A stretch of 64,000 nucleotides of DNA, from contig CAXHJY010000589.1 of NCBI GenBank assembly GCA_964016885.1, positions 124,001 to 188,000 on the forward strand, read 5' to 3'. This document shows, in pieces, positions 40,634 through 53,874 of the stretch (the first letter of the stretch is position 1; each line of letters opens with the position of its first letter). The notes under the pieces were generated by a model. It had not been told where the DNA came from. It was given only the letters and a program-made list of their open reading frames with translations, and searched no databases. Origin of the DNA: Eledone cirrhosa. Taxonomy: Eukaryota. Both the position numbers and the translations under genes were made by a program.

Positions 40634-40760
40634 CAGAGGTCCCCAAACCCCTCCCCGCGGGCCACATCCGGCCCACCAAGGGTTTCAATCGGACCCGCAA
40701 GGGTTCTAAAAAAGGTACAGTTTGCAATAAATTCGCGGCCGATCTATCGATATTGCCGAA
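40634..40760 (+). mobile_element. hAT-Charlie-like element 5' end
   Basis: CAGAGGTCCCCAAAC...GCGGGCCACATCCGGCCC terminal motif; no matching 3' end seen. Confidence 0.5.
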
Positions 40761-40988
40761 TAAAACAATGTTTAAATGTATTTTTCTGCTTGGGACAGCC
40801 CTAAGTATCAATATTGAATTTTGTTTCAAATCTAACATAAGGGATAAATAAATAATTACTTATTTGTATATAAGTAGTATTAATTGCACATCCGACCCAC
40901 GGAGCCACCACTGCATGGCTTACGAAAAGTAAGTTACCTGGTAATCTTTGTTTGTTTGTTTGTTTGTTTTTTTGGTCTTTTTTTCTGT

Positions 40989-41025
40989 CCAATATTTCGG
41001 GACTTAAAAGTCCCTTCTTCAGGGT
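40989..41025 (-). ncRNA. Degenerate hammerhead-like motif
   Basis: Minus strand CC-CTGAAGA-A-GGGACTT(TT)AAGTCCC-GAAATATT-GG; stem I is only 2 bp. Confidence 0.45.
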
Positions 41026-41953
41026 TTAAGGAACTATTTGTATATGTGCTACAATATATGTACATGTTATATTTATCGCATGTCGAAGTTTTTTTTTTAA
41101 TATCTTGGTTAATATTTGATAATAACAGCGAAACTAATCACTACAACTAAATTGATTAATTTTTCCCATCCCTCGTCCAATTCAGAAATGCTTCCACCAT
41201 ACCTGCCCAATGAATTTAATCATTGAGTTTATATGAAATGTTCTTTTTGCACGAATACGTGGCTATTTCACGCGATTAATTTGCGAATTAATTTTCAAAG
41301 CATGTGGATTGAGTGACTTCATTTCAAATTGCCCTTAAAGCGTGATACACCATTTAAATATCTTTCAAATTTGATTTTCTTAAACCAGTAGTTGCTGATT
41401 TTCACTCACAGTTTAATTCTGTTACACCATTTTCTTTCTTGGGAAAAGCTGTGTATCGTGGGAAAGATGAAGTTTGAAATAAAAATAAACAGGTGTGAAA
41501 GCAGTGTGTACCTAATATATATATAGAAAATCAGTCAGGACCCCGACGGCTGAGCTCCGACCGTTTCGACAGCTAAGTCTGAACGTTCAGACCTAGCTGT
41601 CGAAACGGCCGGAGCTCAGCCGTCGGGGTCCTGACTCTTTTCCTATTACCCACTCTACTACCCAAAGTATCGAGTACTCTGGTGCATTATGGTCCACCTG
41701 GTTCCTTACTACACTTCCTTCGTTATAGAGAGAGAGAGAGAGAGATACAGTAGTCCCCCGGTATTAGCGGGGACTACGTTCCTAGAGTACCCGCGAAGCG
41801 TGAAAAATCGCGAATATTGGACGTGGTTCATAAAAATGCCTATAATTGTCAAAATATAACGTAAAATATAATTTAAAAAAAGAGGGACCGTTTTTTGCGA
41901 AGGGGCGTCCAATAGGCCGGCAAATACGGTATACTACTATTAATAATTTAGTC

Positions 41954-41996
<43 letters not shown>

Positions 41997-42587
41997 CCAC
42001 GAAAAGAGCCATAAAAAAAAAATCACAGAAGATATTTACGATTCCGCGAATATGCAGTGGTTTCAACGAACAATTATCAGTTAGGTTCTTAGGAAAATTC
42101 CGCGAATAGCTGGACCGCGAATACACTAATTTTGTATGATTAATTTAGGATTACTATATAGCAATTATTCGCAAACAGAAGGTACTTGGCTCCCAGCCGT
42201 AGAATTGTACATAAAAACTACTCTTCTAGACTTAATCCAGTTTGAAACTAAACAGTTATTGAGGGTTGAAATACTTGTTCAATGTTAATACGGTGTTCGG
42301 GTGAAACATGAGTAGATGACAATTGAAAATACGGAAGAACTGAGGAAACTTGGGATTGCAAAGGTAGAAATGTAACTTGGTTCTCTGGGAACCACTGCTA
42401 GATAACTAAAATTAGATTGAATGGTTGTTTATAATTAGAAATTGTAATATTTCGAGAGTAAGGCTTGTATATTCTCTCAATCAGCTTTAATTAACATTCA
42501 GTGATAAAAGACTAAAAATACATCAATACATTTTTATTTTTAACTGTAAATCTTCATAAGAAAAGACGTGTGTGTGTGTGTGTGTGC

Positions 42588-42635
<48 letters not shown>

Positions 42636-42637
<2 letters not shown>

Positions 42638-43771
42638 TTTATAAAGAACTCAGGAAAAATTATAAAAAAAACAAATAATGCGGCACTTACCAATATCAAC
42701 AACAAAACACACAACATAGTAAATAAGCTCAATATTGAAGATAGAACTGAACCTTTGGCACTGAAAAAACCAGACTTTAACCTAAAAGATCATAAATCTA
42801 ACTTTAACTCTAATCCTTCTATAAGACTTATATGCCCTTCCAAATCTGACATTGGCATCATCAGTAAAACAATTTTAGATAGAGTCATCCCACAATTAAG
42901 AAAACATGTTAATTTACCACTCTGGGAAAACACATCCCAAGTAATTAACTGGTTTACCAATATTAGAAATAAATCATCTGCTTCATTTCTACAATTCGAT
43001 GTAGATGCTTATTATCCCTCTATATCACCCATACTCCTGAACAAAGCCTTGATATTTGCCAAAAATAGATCAAACTTAACTATGGATGACATTAATATTA
43101 TTACGCACGCTAGACAAACACTACTAGAATTTCAGAAGGAATACTGGACCAGAAATACATGTAGTAATCTATTCGACATTACTATGGGCTCTAGTGATTC
43201 TGCCCAAATTACCGATCTTGTGGGCCTCTTTCTTCTATTTAACATAAATGCTTCTTTTCCCCACCTTAAAGGTGGTTTATATCGTGATGACTGTCTTCTT
43301 CTTTCCACTAACCTTAGCCTATCAGAAATTGAAAAAAATAAAAAACTTAGAACTTTCCTCAAAGACTATTATAGTCTCACTATTACATTTGAAAACACCA
43401 GTAAAATAGTTAATTTCCTTGATATAACTTTAGACTTATCTACGGGTATCTACCAACCTTACCATAAACCTAACCAACACTTACATTACATACACTCACA
43501 ATCCAATCACCCTAGATCTATCCTTAAAAACCTAGCATATAATATCTCACGCAGAATTTCTAACCCTTCATCTAACCAGGATGTATTCGATAAAAATGCG
43601 ACCTTTTATAACGAAGCTTTAGCTAGAAGCGGCCACAGAAACAAATTAGTCTATATACCTTGTACCAATAATACTACAAACATACAACCCACTATTACCA
43701 ACAAACACCAAATGAAAAACACACCTAAATGCCACTCACACTATACCCCAAAATACCAACTTAAAACTTGA
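42636..43771 (+). pseudogene. Reverse transcriptase portion of the Penelope-like element
   Basis: ORF 42572-43771; its first ~20 codons are microsatellite. Catalytic YRDD is present. The frame ends in an Asn/Thr-rich stretch. Confidence 0.9.
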
Positions 43772-43979
43772 TTTCTCTACCACTTCTCACATAAAATATA
43801 ATAACTTTCAAAAAACCATTCATCCTAATACTCCAATATATGTTAACAAGATTACTAACAAATTCCTAATAATCAGACTAAAACACCTAAATAAGTTAAT
43901 CTAACTAAACCTATATATAATAAATTCACTAATATTAACTCTCTTAGTAAACATCCTGATACATCGTATAAATATAAAA

Positions 43980-44756
43980 AACATCGAAACCGTAATAGAC
44001 GAGTTACTTGGTATAATGCTCCATTTAATCTACAAATTAAAGATAATATCCCTAAAAACTTTTACTATCCTAGAGAAAAACTTCCCGCCAAACCATAAAT
44101 ACCATCAAATTTTAAATAGATCAACTGTCAAATTTTCCTACTCCACTACCAAAAATATACAACAAAATATAAGTGCCTACAATGCATATAAATGTAAAAA
44201 AAAAACCATGAATATACCACCAACACATCAAACTAACCATAATACTAAAATAAATCGCAACAAACCACCATTTCCTTCACATATAACAAGTCGAGTAAAT
44301 TCCACACCAAATTTGACTAACTCCCCTGATATAATATCCACGAATGCTTGTAACTGTAGAAACAAAGGAAATTTCCCATTAAAAGGAAATTGTCTTATTA
44401 ATAACATAGTATATAAATGTAAAATTAGCACTAAGGACTCAACTTATTCATATATAGGAGCTACTTCTAACCAATTTAAAGTAAGATTTAATACCCACAA
44501 ACAGTTTTTAAAATGCCGCATTAGCTAATACAACATCCTTGGCTGAAATAATAATTATAGAGAAAAGAATATGACCTGGAGTGTGATCAAAATGGCTACC
44601 CCTTATCAAAATAACAGTTATGAGTGTAGATTATGTTCCCAAGAACTTTTTGAAATAATGAAATCTAAGGATATCCTATTAAATAAGCGACAAGAATTAA
44701 TTATATCGTGCAATCATAGAATTAGAAGAACTTTCAAATATTATAAACCTAATTAA
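43980..44756 (+). pseudogene. Linker and GIY-YIG endonuclease portion of the Penelope-like element, broken by frameshifts
   Basis: Pieces in ORFs 44016-44528 and 44571-44756: NIVY...YIG, FKVRFNTH, CRLCSQE, LLNKRQELIISCNH. Confidence 0.85.
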
Positions 44757-45554
44757 TATACACATTACACTTATATTTTACAAATTATTATAATTAGTTC
44801 TTTTAATTTAGTTAACCTATAATTAGTATTTTACTACTGAGAACTTCATAATTTTATTTCCCTTTTACAGCTCTTTTTCCTAAAATTAATACCTATAAGT
44901 ATACATATAAACTATTTTAATTTACTCTTATGAATCTAAATTCCTTGTAGTCTATATAAATTTGTTATTTCTCACTAATACATTTATTCCAAAAAATGTT
45001 TTCCTTTGTTTAAAAACATTCTTTAATAACATCTAACTCTTATTTATCACATCTATATGAATTAATATAAATTTATCCCCATTAGTATACCTATCAATTA
45101 AATTAATTTAATTTCTTGTTATAGATCTAAATTCCTTGTGTTTTAAATAAGATTGGTATTTCTCACTAACATATTTACCCTAAAATTTTATTCTCCTTCA
45201 ATTTTAACATTAGCATTTTTCTTTAATACAATCAAATTTTCGTGTACCTTTCACCGGCTTGACCTCTTTTCATGCCCAAAGTAATCTTTTCATTCAAAAC
45301 TTAAGTCTGCATTCCTCTACCCCTAAATTAAATTTCTACTACTACTATTCTATCAACTTGACCACTTACTACTTTTCTATTGGTCAATTCAAAACATGTT
45401 CCCAAACAGACCTATTATATTAAATCTTTGGGTTTTTTTCAATAAACAAATATCCCGCCGAGGTTGACTTTGCCTTTCATCCTTACGGGGTCGATAAAAT
45501 AAAATACCAGTAATGCACTGTGTAATTGCTGGCCTTGGGCCAAAAGTAGAAACA

Positions 45555-45688
45555 ATTATTTCTGAAGACAGCATATATATGTGTAGGTATATATATTTCC
45601 TCTGATAGTTTGTAAATTTTTTACATAGATCTATATGATATACATACCAACACACACATGTATATCCTAGAAACGATCGTAAAATAAT
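45555..45688 (+). ncRNA. Type I hammerhead ribozyme with long stem II in the 3' pLTR of the Penelope-like element
   Basis: Stem I ATTATTT/AAATAAT; core CTGAAGA; ~100-nt stem II closed by AG-C-ATATATATGTG / CACATGTATAT-C-CT, with a mismatch at the base; GAAA; palindromic stem III ACGATCGT; GUA cleavage triplet. Confidence 0.75.
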
Positions 45689-45741
45689 GAATTTTTTAAT
45701 ATAAGGAACTGTTTCTTTGTTTTTATTCATTGTTTTTATTA

Positions 45742-45784
<43 letters not shown>

Positions 45785-45942
45785 AAAAAGGATGAACCCG
45801 ACGGCAATACTTAGGGTAGTAGAGTGGGAAATAGCCATCGAAACGGCTATTTCCCACTCTACTACCCTAAGTATTGAGTACTCTGGTGCGTTATGGTCCA
45901 TCTGGTTTCTTACCACAATTCCTTTGTTTTATATATATATAT

Positions 45943-46538
45943 ATGAAGATTAGAGTTAAAACTCAATTGGAACCCTGTAACTATTAAGCTCCAAGTATAA
46001 AAATACTGAGCCGATTAATAATATATAGTAAGAAACACAGTAAACCGTGTGTCTAAAATTACAAGGGTTGAAAAACCACATTTGTTTGAAATATTTAACC
46101 AAGAAGCAGACAGAATGATAAAATAAAAATATATTTTTATACAAACCGCCTCAATAACCATTATATCTCTCGGACAAATTATCCCTAATTTGTTTCGCCC
46201 TGAGTGTGTTTGTAACAGATAATCCTGGGCTTCATCAGCGAGAGAATCTGATTAAATGCAACAAACACTATTTGCCAACGTTCACACAGAAAGATGAATT
46301 TGTCACCTCGTGCTCCGCTAGCCAAACGTGGTAAGCGTGTATTGAACAGAAACAACAGTCCAACACACGCAACTTAATAAGCTCAACTTGTGAGGGAGCA
46401 GAAATATATATGAAGATTAGAGTTAAAACTCAATTGGAACCCTGTAACTATTAAGCTCCAAGTATAAAAATACTGAGCCGATTAATAATATATTTCAACC
46501 CTTGTAATTTTAGACACACGGTTTACTGTGTTTCTTAC

Positions 46539-46546
<8 letters not shown>
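45943..46546 (-). mobile_element. Family E element: ~467-bp unit with terminal direct repeat, short inversion and one HHR
   Basis: 45943-46026 is repeated at 46410-46493; 46494-46546 is the reverse complement of about 46020-46073; flanked by TA tracts. Confidence 0.75.
46166..46245 (-). ncRNA. Type I hammerhead ribozyme with stable stem III (family E)
   Basis: Minus strand TCTCTCG-CTGATGA-AGCCC...GGGC-GAA-ACAAATTA(GGGA)TAATTTGT-C-CGAGAGA. Stem I is a perfect 7 bp, stem III is 8 bp, and the triplet is the canonical GUC. Confidence 0.9.
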
Positions 46547-46595
<49 letters not shown>

Positions 46596-46633
46596 ATATT
46601 AATAAATGGAAACTATATTTATAAAACCATATC

Positions 46634-46699
46634 TATTTTATTATATATATTTCAAGAGCAACCAAGGCAAATTATGGTGCGCTTTCATCAGATAAAATA
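46634..46699 (-). ncRNA. Type I hammerhead ribozyme (family A variant)
   Basis: Minus strand TATTTTAT-CTGATGA-AAGCGCACCA...TGGTTGCTCTT-GAAATATATATA-ATAAAATA. Confidence 0.72.
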
Positions 46700-47074
46700 C
46701 AGATTTGTTTTATAAATAAATATTGACATACCCGGAAAAAAGACAGCCTTAACGGTTGGAGCTTCCTGGATTTGTTGAATCACAACAAATTAAATATAAC
46801 CTCTGCATATATATATATATATATATACATAAGTGTGTTTTGAAACAGCGAGCGATTTTGAAATTAGAAATAGAAGCTTTCGCCGTATTATTTTTACTAA
46901 AGAAATTTTAGCCTGATAGTGGGGTTTAGAACCCTCTAAGATATGGAAAAAGATGAGTATTGACGTACATATCTTCCTGCTATTTCAAGCGTTAAACTAA
47001 TATATTCCTTCCATATACTGTACCGATTGAGTTGTTATTTCTGTTTACCTTTTACACACACATACATACATACA

Positions 47075-48600
47075 TATTTAAATGTATAGGAAAAACAAAT
47101 GACTAGGAGTGAAATATAGAATAGAAATGAAGAATTTAATCAAAGTTCATTCTTTAACACATGTTTCAATACAGTATCAGTCTACGAGTGCTGGTTGCAT
47201 ATTATTTGCCTTTCATCTTTACGGGGTCGATAAAATAAAGTACCAGTAATGTACTGGGGGTAATTGCTGGCCTTGTGCCAAAAGTAGAAACAATTTGTGC
47301 CAAAAGTAGAAACAATTATTATTATTATTATTATAGGGTAGTGGATTGGCAGTATCGGTAGAGGGTCGGACGCCATGCTTTGCAGCATAGAGTTACGTCC
47401 CTTTACGGTCTGAGTTCAAATCCCGCCGAGGTTGACTTTGCCTTTCATCCTTACGGGGGTCGATAAAATAAAGTACCAGTAATGTACTGGGTATTTGCTG
47501 GCCTTGTGCCTAAAGTAGAAACAATTATTATTATTATTATTATTATTTTATATTTTTATATTTTCATTGTTAAATTAGTCTTGCCATTGTGCACTTTTAC
47601 TCCACCTTATTGTAAACCCCCACTGTCCCTGTCTTTGTATTGTCCCCTACATGTCGGCCCTGGTGGCTAATAAATGAAATGATTATTATTATTATTATTA
47701 TGCCCATTCACTAGCAATACGTTAAATATTGCATTTCATCAAAGATTTCGAAGTGACGTAGCTGGATCTTGCAGTAAACATATTCCTACTACTATCCACC
47801 CAGATTAAAAGGCAACTCAAATAATTATTTCTACTTTTGGCACAAGGCCAGCAATTATCCCAGTGCATTACTGGTACTTTATTTTATCGACCCCGTAAGG
47901 ATGAAAGGCAAAGTCAACCTCGGCGAGATTTGAACTCAGATCGTAAAGGGACGTAACTATGCTGGAAAGCATGGCGTCTGACCCTACAATAATAGAGGTG
48001 AGGTAGAAACGATATATGTTGGAAGACAAGATGCAACGACCTCACCTCAAACTTTGAAATCTTTCTGATGAAATGCAGTATTTAATGTATAATGAATGGG
48101 CATAATGATAATTATTTCTACTTTAGGCACAAGGCCAGCAATTACCCAGTACATTACTGGTACTTTTATTTTATCGACCCCGTAAGGATGAAAGGCAAAG
48201 TTAACCTCGGCGGGATTTGAACTCAGAATAGAAAGGGCCGTAACTCTATGCGTCAAATCATGGCGTCCTACCCTCTACCAATCCACCACTCTCTAATGAT
48301 AATTGTTTCTACTTTAGGCACAAGGCCAGCAATTACCCAGTAGATTACTGGTACTTTTATTTTATCGACCCCGTAAGGATGAAAGGCAAAGTTAACCTCG
48401 GCGGGATTTGAACTCAGAATAGAAATGGCCGTAACTATGCGTCAAAGCATGGCGTCCGACCCTCTACCAATACTGCCAATCCACCACCCTCTAATGATAA
48501 TAATATGCAACCAGCACTCGTAGACTGATACCTTATTGAAACCTGTGTTTCTACTCTATATTTCACGCCAAGTCATTTGTTTTTCCAATACATTTAAATA
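47075..48600. repeat. Diverged long inverted repeat (foldback-like) interrupted by SINEs
   Basis: 47075-47205 vs 48498-48600 and 47697-47797 vs 47990-48106 are imperfect reverse complements. Confidence 0.7.
47205..48490. mobile_element. Five tRNA-derived SINE copies nested in a diverged palindrome
   Basis: Copies near 47205 and 47336 (+) and 47821, 48110 and 48299 (-). Confidence 0.85.
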
Positions 48601-48999
48601 TATTATTACTCCGTGATCTTCCCCCTGGATACTGTACTTTGATCTCTCTTTTTGGACAATTACCGGACCTCTTGCAAAGACCACGTTGAGAAAAATACTT
48701 TGGTGAGCAATTTTATTATTTTTGTTTGTATACTGATCTACACGAACAAATTTTATCTGTACATATCTTCATATATGTGTATATATATATATATTATATA
48801 TATATATATATTATATATATATATATATATTGTCTCAACAACAAACTTTTGACCAATCCTTGTGACAATCACTTTTACCATATATGGAATTACCCCCCCG
48901 AGAAGCTCGGCTATTCATATACCAGGATAAAAAATTTTCATTTAGTCCAGAATTAGCCGTTGAAACGGCTTGAGGTCAGCCGTCGGGGTCCTACTCGTT

Positions 49000-49038
<39 letters not shown>

Positions 49039-49040
<2 letters not shown>

Positions 49041-49584
49041 CAATAACTTCCTATATGTCGTCTGCAACTAAACTATGACAACAATAACTTCCTATATGTC
49101 GTCTGCAACTAAACTATGACAACAATAACTTCCTATATGTCGTCTGCAACTAAACTATGACAATAACTTCCTATATGTCGTCTGCAACTAAACTATGACA
49201 ATAACTTCCTATATGTCGTCTGCAACTAAACTATGACAATAACTTCCTATATGTCGTCTGCAACTAAACTATGACAATAACTTCCTATATGTCGTCTGCA
49301 ACTAAACTATGACAACAATAACTTCCTATATGTCGTCTGCAACTAAACTATGACAACAATAACTTCCTATATGTCGTCTGCAACTAAACTATGACAACAA
49401 TAACTTCCTATATGTCGTCTGCAACTAAACTATGACAACAATAACTTCCTATATGTCGTCTGCAACTAAACTATGACAACAATAACTTCCTATATGTCGT
49501 CTGCAACTAAACTATGACAACAATAACTTCCTATATGTCGTCTGCAACTAAACTATGACAACAATAACTTCATATATGTCGTCT
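49039..49584. repeat. 38/41-bp minisatellite
   Basis: (ACAATAACTTCCTATATGTCGTCTGCAACTAAACTATGACA)n. Confidence 0.95.
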
Positions 49585-50114
49585 AGTTCTACCAGAAATC
49601 GCAAGAGAGCAAATTATATTGTTGGTAGACTCTGTGCAAGATGGTTGGATAACATCCATTAGCTTGGCTGGTCACGCTCGGGGGTCCAGCTGCATCAATT
49701 GGAGACGGTTGCTTCTGACAGGACTCACGGCTGGAAGGAGTGTTTGAGGACTCAGCCACCCCACGACCCTCCCGCGGAGGAGGGGGGGGGGGCAGAAAGA
49801 AATGATAAAGAGAAGGGAAGGAAGGGGTAGGAGAAGGAGGAGTAGAAGAAGAGGAAAGAAGAGGAAAGAAGAAGAAAGAAGAAGAAGAAGAAGAAGAAGA
49901 AGAGGAAAGAAGAAGAAGAAGAAGAAGAAGAAGAAGAAGAAGAGGAAAGAAGAAGAAGAGGAAAGAAGAAGAAGAAGAAGAAGAAAGAAGAAGAAGAAAA
50001 AAGAAAGAAAGAAGAAAGAAGAAAGAAGAAAGAAGAAAGAAGAAAGAAGAAGAAGGTTTTTCTATTGGTAAACAACAAACAGCTTAAATTATCCACATTG
50101 TTGGCCTCTGATAC

Positions 50115-50908
50115 AATAACAACCTATAACAACCTATAACAACCTATAACAACCCATAACAACCCATAACAACCTATAACAACCTATAACAACCTATAAC
50201 AACCTATAACAACCCATAACCTATAACAATCCATAACAACCTATAACCACCTATAACAATCCATAACAACCTATAACAACCCATATCAATCCATAACAAT
50301 CCATAACAACCTATAACAACCCATAACAATCCATAACAACCTATAACAACCTATAACAACCTATAACAAACCATAACAACCTATAACAACCCATAACAAC
50401 CCATAACAACCTATAACAACCCATAACAATCCATAACAACCCATAACAACCTATAACCACCCATAACAACCTATAACAACCCATAACAACCTATAACAAC
50501 CCATAACAACCTATAACAACCCATAACAATCCATAACAACCCATAACAACCCATAACCACCTATAACAACCCATAACAACCTATAACAACCCATAACAAC
50601 CTATAACCACCCATAACAACCTATAACAACCCATAACAACCTATAACAACCCATAACAACCTATAACAACCCATAACAACCTATAACAACCCATAACAAC
50701 CTATAACCACCCATAACAACCTATAACAACCCATAACAACCTATAACCACCCATAACAACCTATAACAACCCATAACAATCCATAACCTATAACAATCCA
50801 TAACAACCTATAACAACCCATAACAACCTATAACAACCCATAACAACCTATAACAACCCATAACAACCTATAACCACCCATAACAACCTATAACAACCCA
50901 TAACAACC
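50115..50908. repeat. 10-bp satellite
   Basis: (ATAACAACCY)n. Confidence 0.95.
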
Positions 50909-50984
50909 GTAGAAGTTCTATATTGTTGACGAAATCAAAATTACAAAATTACAGCATTTCCTCTTAACAACTCTTGAAGGTGTA

Positions 50985-52240
50985 CAGACACATACAGCTA
51001 ACATACACACACACACACCTAACACACACACACCTAACATACACACCTAACATACACACACACACACCTAACACACACACACCTAACACACACACCTAAC
51101 ATACACACACACACCTAACACACACACACACCTAACATACACACACCTAACATACACACACACACACCTAACACACACATCTAACACACACGCACCTAAC
51201 ATACACACACACCTAACACACACACACCTAACATACACACACACCTAACATACACACATACCTAACACACACACACACCTAACACACCTAACACATACAC
51301 ACCTAACCCACACGTAACACACACACACACCTAACACACACACACCTAACACACACACACACCTAACACACACACACACCTAACACACACACACACACCT
51401 AACACACACCTAACACACACACCTAACATACACCTAACATACACACACACACCTAACACATACACACCTAACATACACACACACACCTAACACACACACA
51501 CACACCTAACATACACACACACACACACCTAACATAGACACACACCTAACATACACACACACCTAACATAGACACACACCTAACATAGACACACACCTAA
51601 CATAGACACACACCTAACAGACACACACACCTAACAGACACACACCTAACATACACACACACCTAACACACACACACACCTAACATACACACACACACCT
51701 AACACACACACACACCTAACACACACACACACCTAACAGACACACACCTAACATACACACACCTAACATACACACACCTAACACACACACACACCTAACA
51801 CATACACACCTAACATACACACACACACACCTAACACACACACACACCTAACATATACACACACCTAACATATACACACACCTAACATAGACACACACCT
51901 AACATAGACACACACCTAACATAGACACACACCTAACATAGACACACACCTAACAGACACACACCTAACATAGACACACACACACCTAACATAGACACAC
52001 ACACACCTAACATACACACACACCTAACATACACACACACCTAACACACACACACACAGTAACGACTGTCTCACGTACACCTAACACACACACACACAGT
52101 AATGGCGGTCTCACACACACCTAACACACACCTAACACACACACACACACACACAGTAATGGCGGTCTCACACACACCTAACACACACCTAACACACACA
52201 CACACACACACAGTAATGGCGGTCTCACACACACCTATCA
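50985..52240. repeat. (CA)n tract punctuated by CCTAA
   Basis: (ACAC..ACCTAAC)n. Confidence 0.93.
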
Positions 52241-52746
52241 CACGGCAGACGATATACTCAGCAAAGAGCCATTCAAGCAGAAATACTTTGCATGATATAT
52301 AAGCTGGCATTCTTTAACCGCTTCCCCGCCCCTCGTCCAGTCTATTCTACTCCCAGCAGACACTAGGGAAAACTTCACGGGTTGGGGTGAACCCCTGGGT
52401 ATTGGACTGGCTATTTCAACACGTTCGTCTCGGCACCCCTCCGGGACAACACTTTATTCTATTCGCTAGGCCCCTCCAGGTGGTTCGCGCCTGTGGTTCT
52501 GCACCCCCAGAGCTAGTATCATGGTAATAACTATGATTCGGTATTGTTTATCGCTCACATTCACACATTCAAATACATATTCAACGAAATTCACGAGGTA
52601 TTAAAAGAAAATTCGTTGTAACCGAAAATGCTTTATAACGAGATCGACCTAACTCATTGATCATGTGGCCATGGATTGAAAAAAATTTCGTTATACTGAA
52701 AAATTCGTTATAATGGCATTCGTTATGACCCAATTTTACCTATATA

Positions 52747-53077
52747 CCGTCGAACCTCGGTTCATGAACTTAATTCGTTCCTGAAAGCCGTTCATTACTC
52801 CAAATAGTCATAAACCGAAAATATTTTCCCCATACAAAATATCGATAAAGAAATACAGTGAAAGAGAAACAGATATCACCATAGTAACTAACTACACAGC
52901 AAGTGACACTTTCCTACCGATACTCCCAGCTTGTCGCCAACCGCTGTTGCCGGCTTGTATGTTCGTTACTCGAGACACCGTTCATGAATCAAGACGTTTT
53001 ATGTTCGGAAAAAAAAAAAATTCTTCGTGAACCGATTTGTTCGTGATGAGAGGTGTTCGTGAGCCGAGGTTCCACTG
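52747..53077. mobile_element. Tigger/pogo-like MITE
   Basis: TIRs CCGTCGAACCTCGGTTCATGAAC / GTTCGTGAGCCGAGGTTCCACTG with TA flanks. Confidence 0.72.
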
Positions 53078-53333
53078 TACATCATTGAAACACAGAGGCA
53101 GTGTCTTTCCTTAGAAATATGATAACAAAAGGAACAACTCAACTTCCGCTTGATTTGCAGACATGCGTGTGATGAACTGACTTGTTTAATATAAAATAGC
53201 CGCAAGGTTAGAGAAAAGAAAAAACATTATCTTGATTATAAGAAGTCATTCAAGCATGACTATTGTGTTAAGTTAAAGAGTGCACTACATATTTTACAGA
53301 GATAGATAGATAGATAGAGAAAGAGAGAGAAGG

Positions 53334-53366
<33 letters not shown>

Positions 53367-53874
53367 TGGAGGGAGAGAGAGAGAGATGGAGGGAGATAAT
53401 GTTTAGTGTAAATTATTGCAGTCCTTTATTATATTCAAAGCTAGGCGGTGGATTGACAATAACGGTAGAGGGTCAGACGCCATGCTTTGCAGCAAAGAGT
53501 TACGGCCCTTTATGGTCTGAGTTCAAATCCCGCCGAGGTTAACTTTGCCTTTCATCCTTACGGGGTCGATAAAATAAAGTACTAGTAATGTACTGGTATA
53601 ATTGCTGGCCTTGTGCCAAAATTAGAAACAATTATATTCAAAGCTTCCTGTCACTTTCAACTATAAATCTGACTTTTCTACTGAAAATATTTCCAGGCTT
53701 TACCAGTTGGGGTAATCTCTCTCTCCCTCTCTCAAGATGGAAGGGTTGTGTGTGTAAAAATACACACACATGTACACCAGGTTCGAACACGGAGGAGCCA
53801 AACTCCCACTGTCATCCCCTCCGTCTCTCTCGCTCTCCCTATTTCTCTTATTAGCAAATGGGAGCACACATGCT

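Larger units (their letters stand above)
42636..45745 (+). mobile_element. 5'-truncated, frameshifted Penelope-like retroelement (RT + C-terminal GIY-YIG endonuclease + HHR-bearing 3' pLTR), probably Hydra-clade, inserted in (TA)n
   Basis: RT motifs FLQFDVDAYYPSI, TMGSSDSAQITDLVG, GLYRDDCL, VNFLDITLDL, YIHSQSNHP. Linker motifs RRVTWYNAPF, KNFPPNH, SYS. EN motifs CNCRNK..PLKGNCL..NIVYK...SYIGATSNQFKVRFNTH, then C-x-x-C...LLNKRQEL...CNH. (TA)n lies on both sides and an HHR lies at 45555-45688. Confidence 0.9.

Noticed and set aside
48065-48100. CTGATGAAATGC motif
   Set aside because: No stem II/GAAA arrangement; it is part of the palindrome arm.
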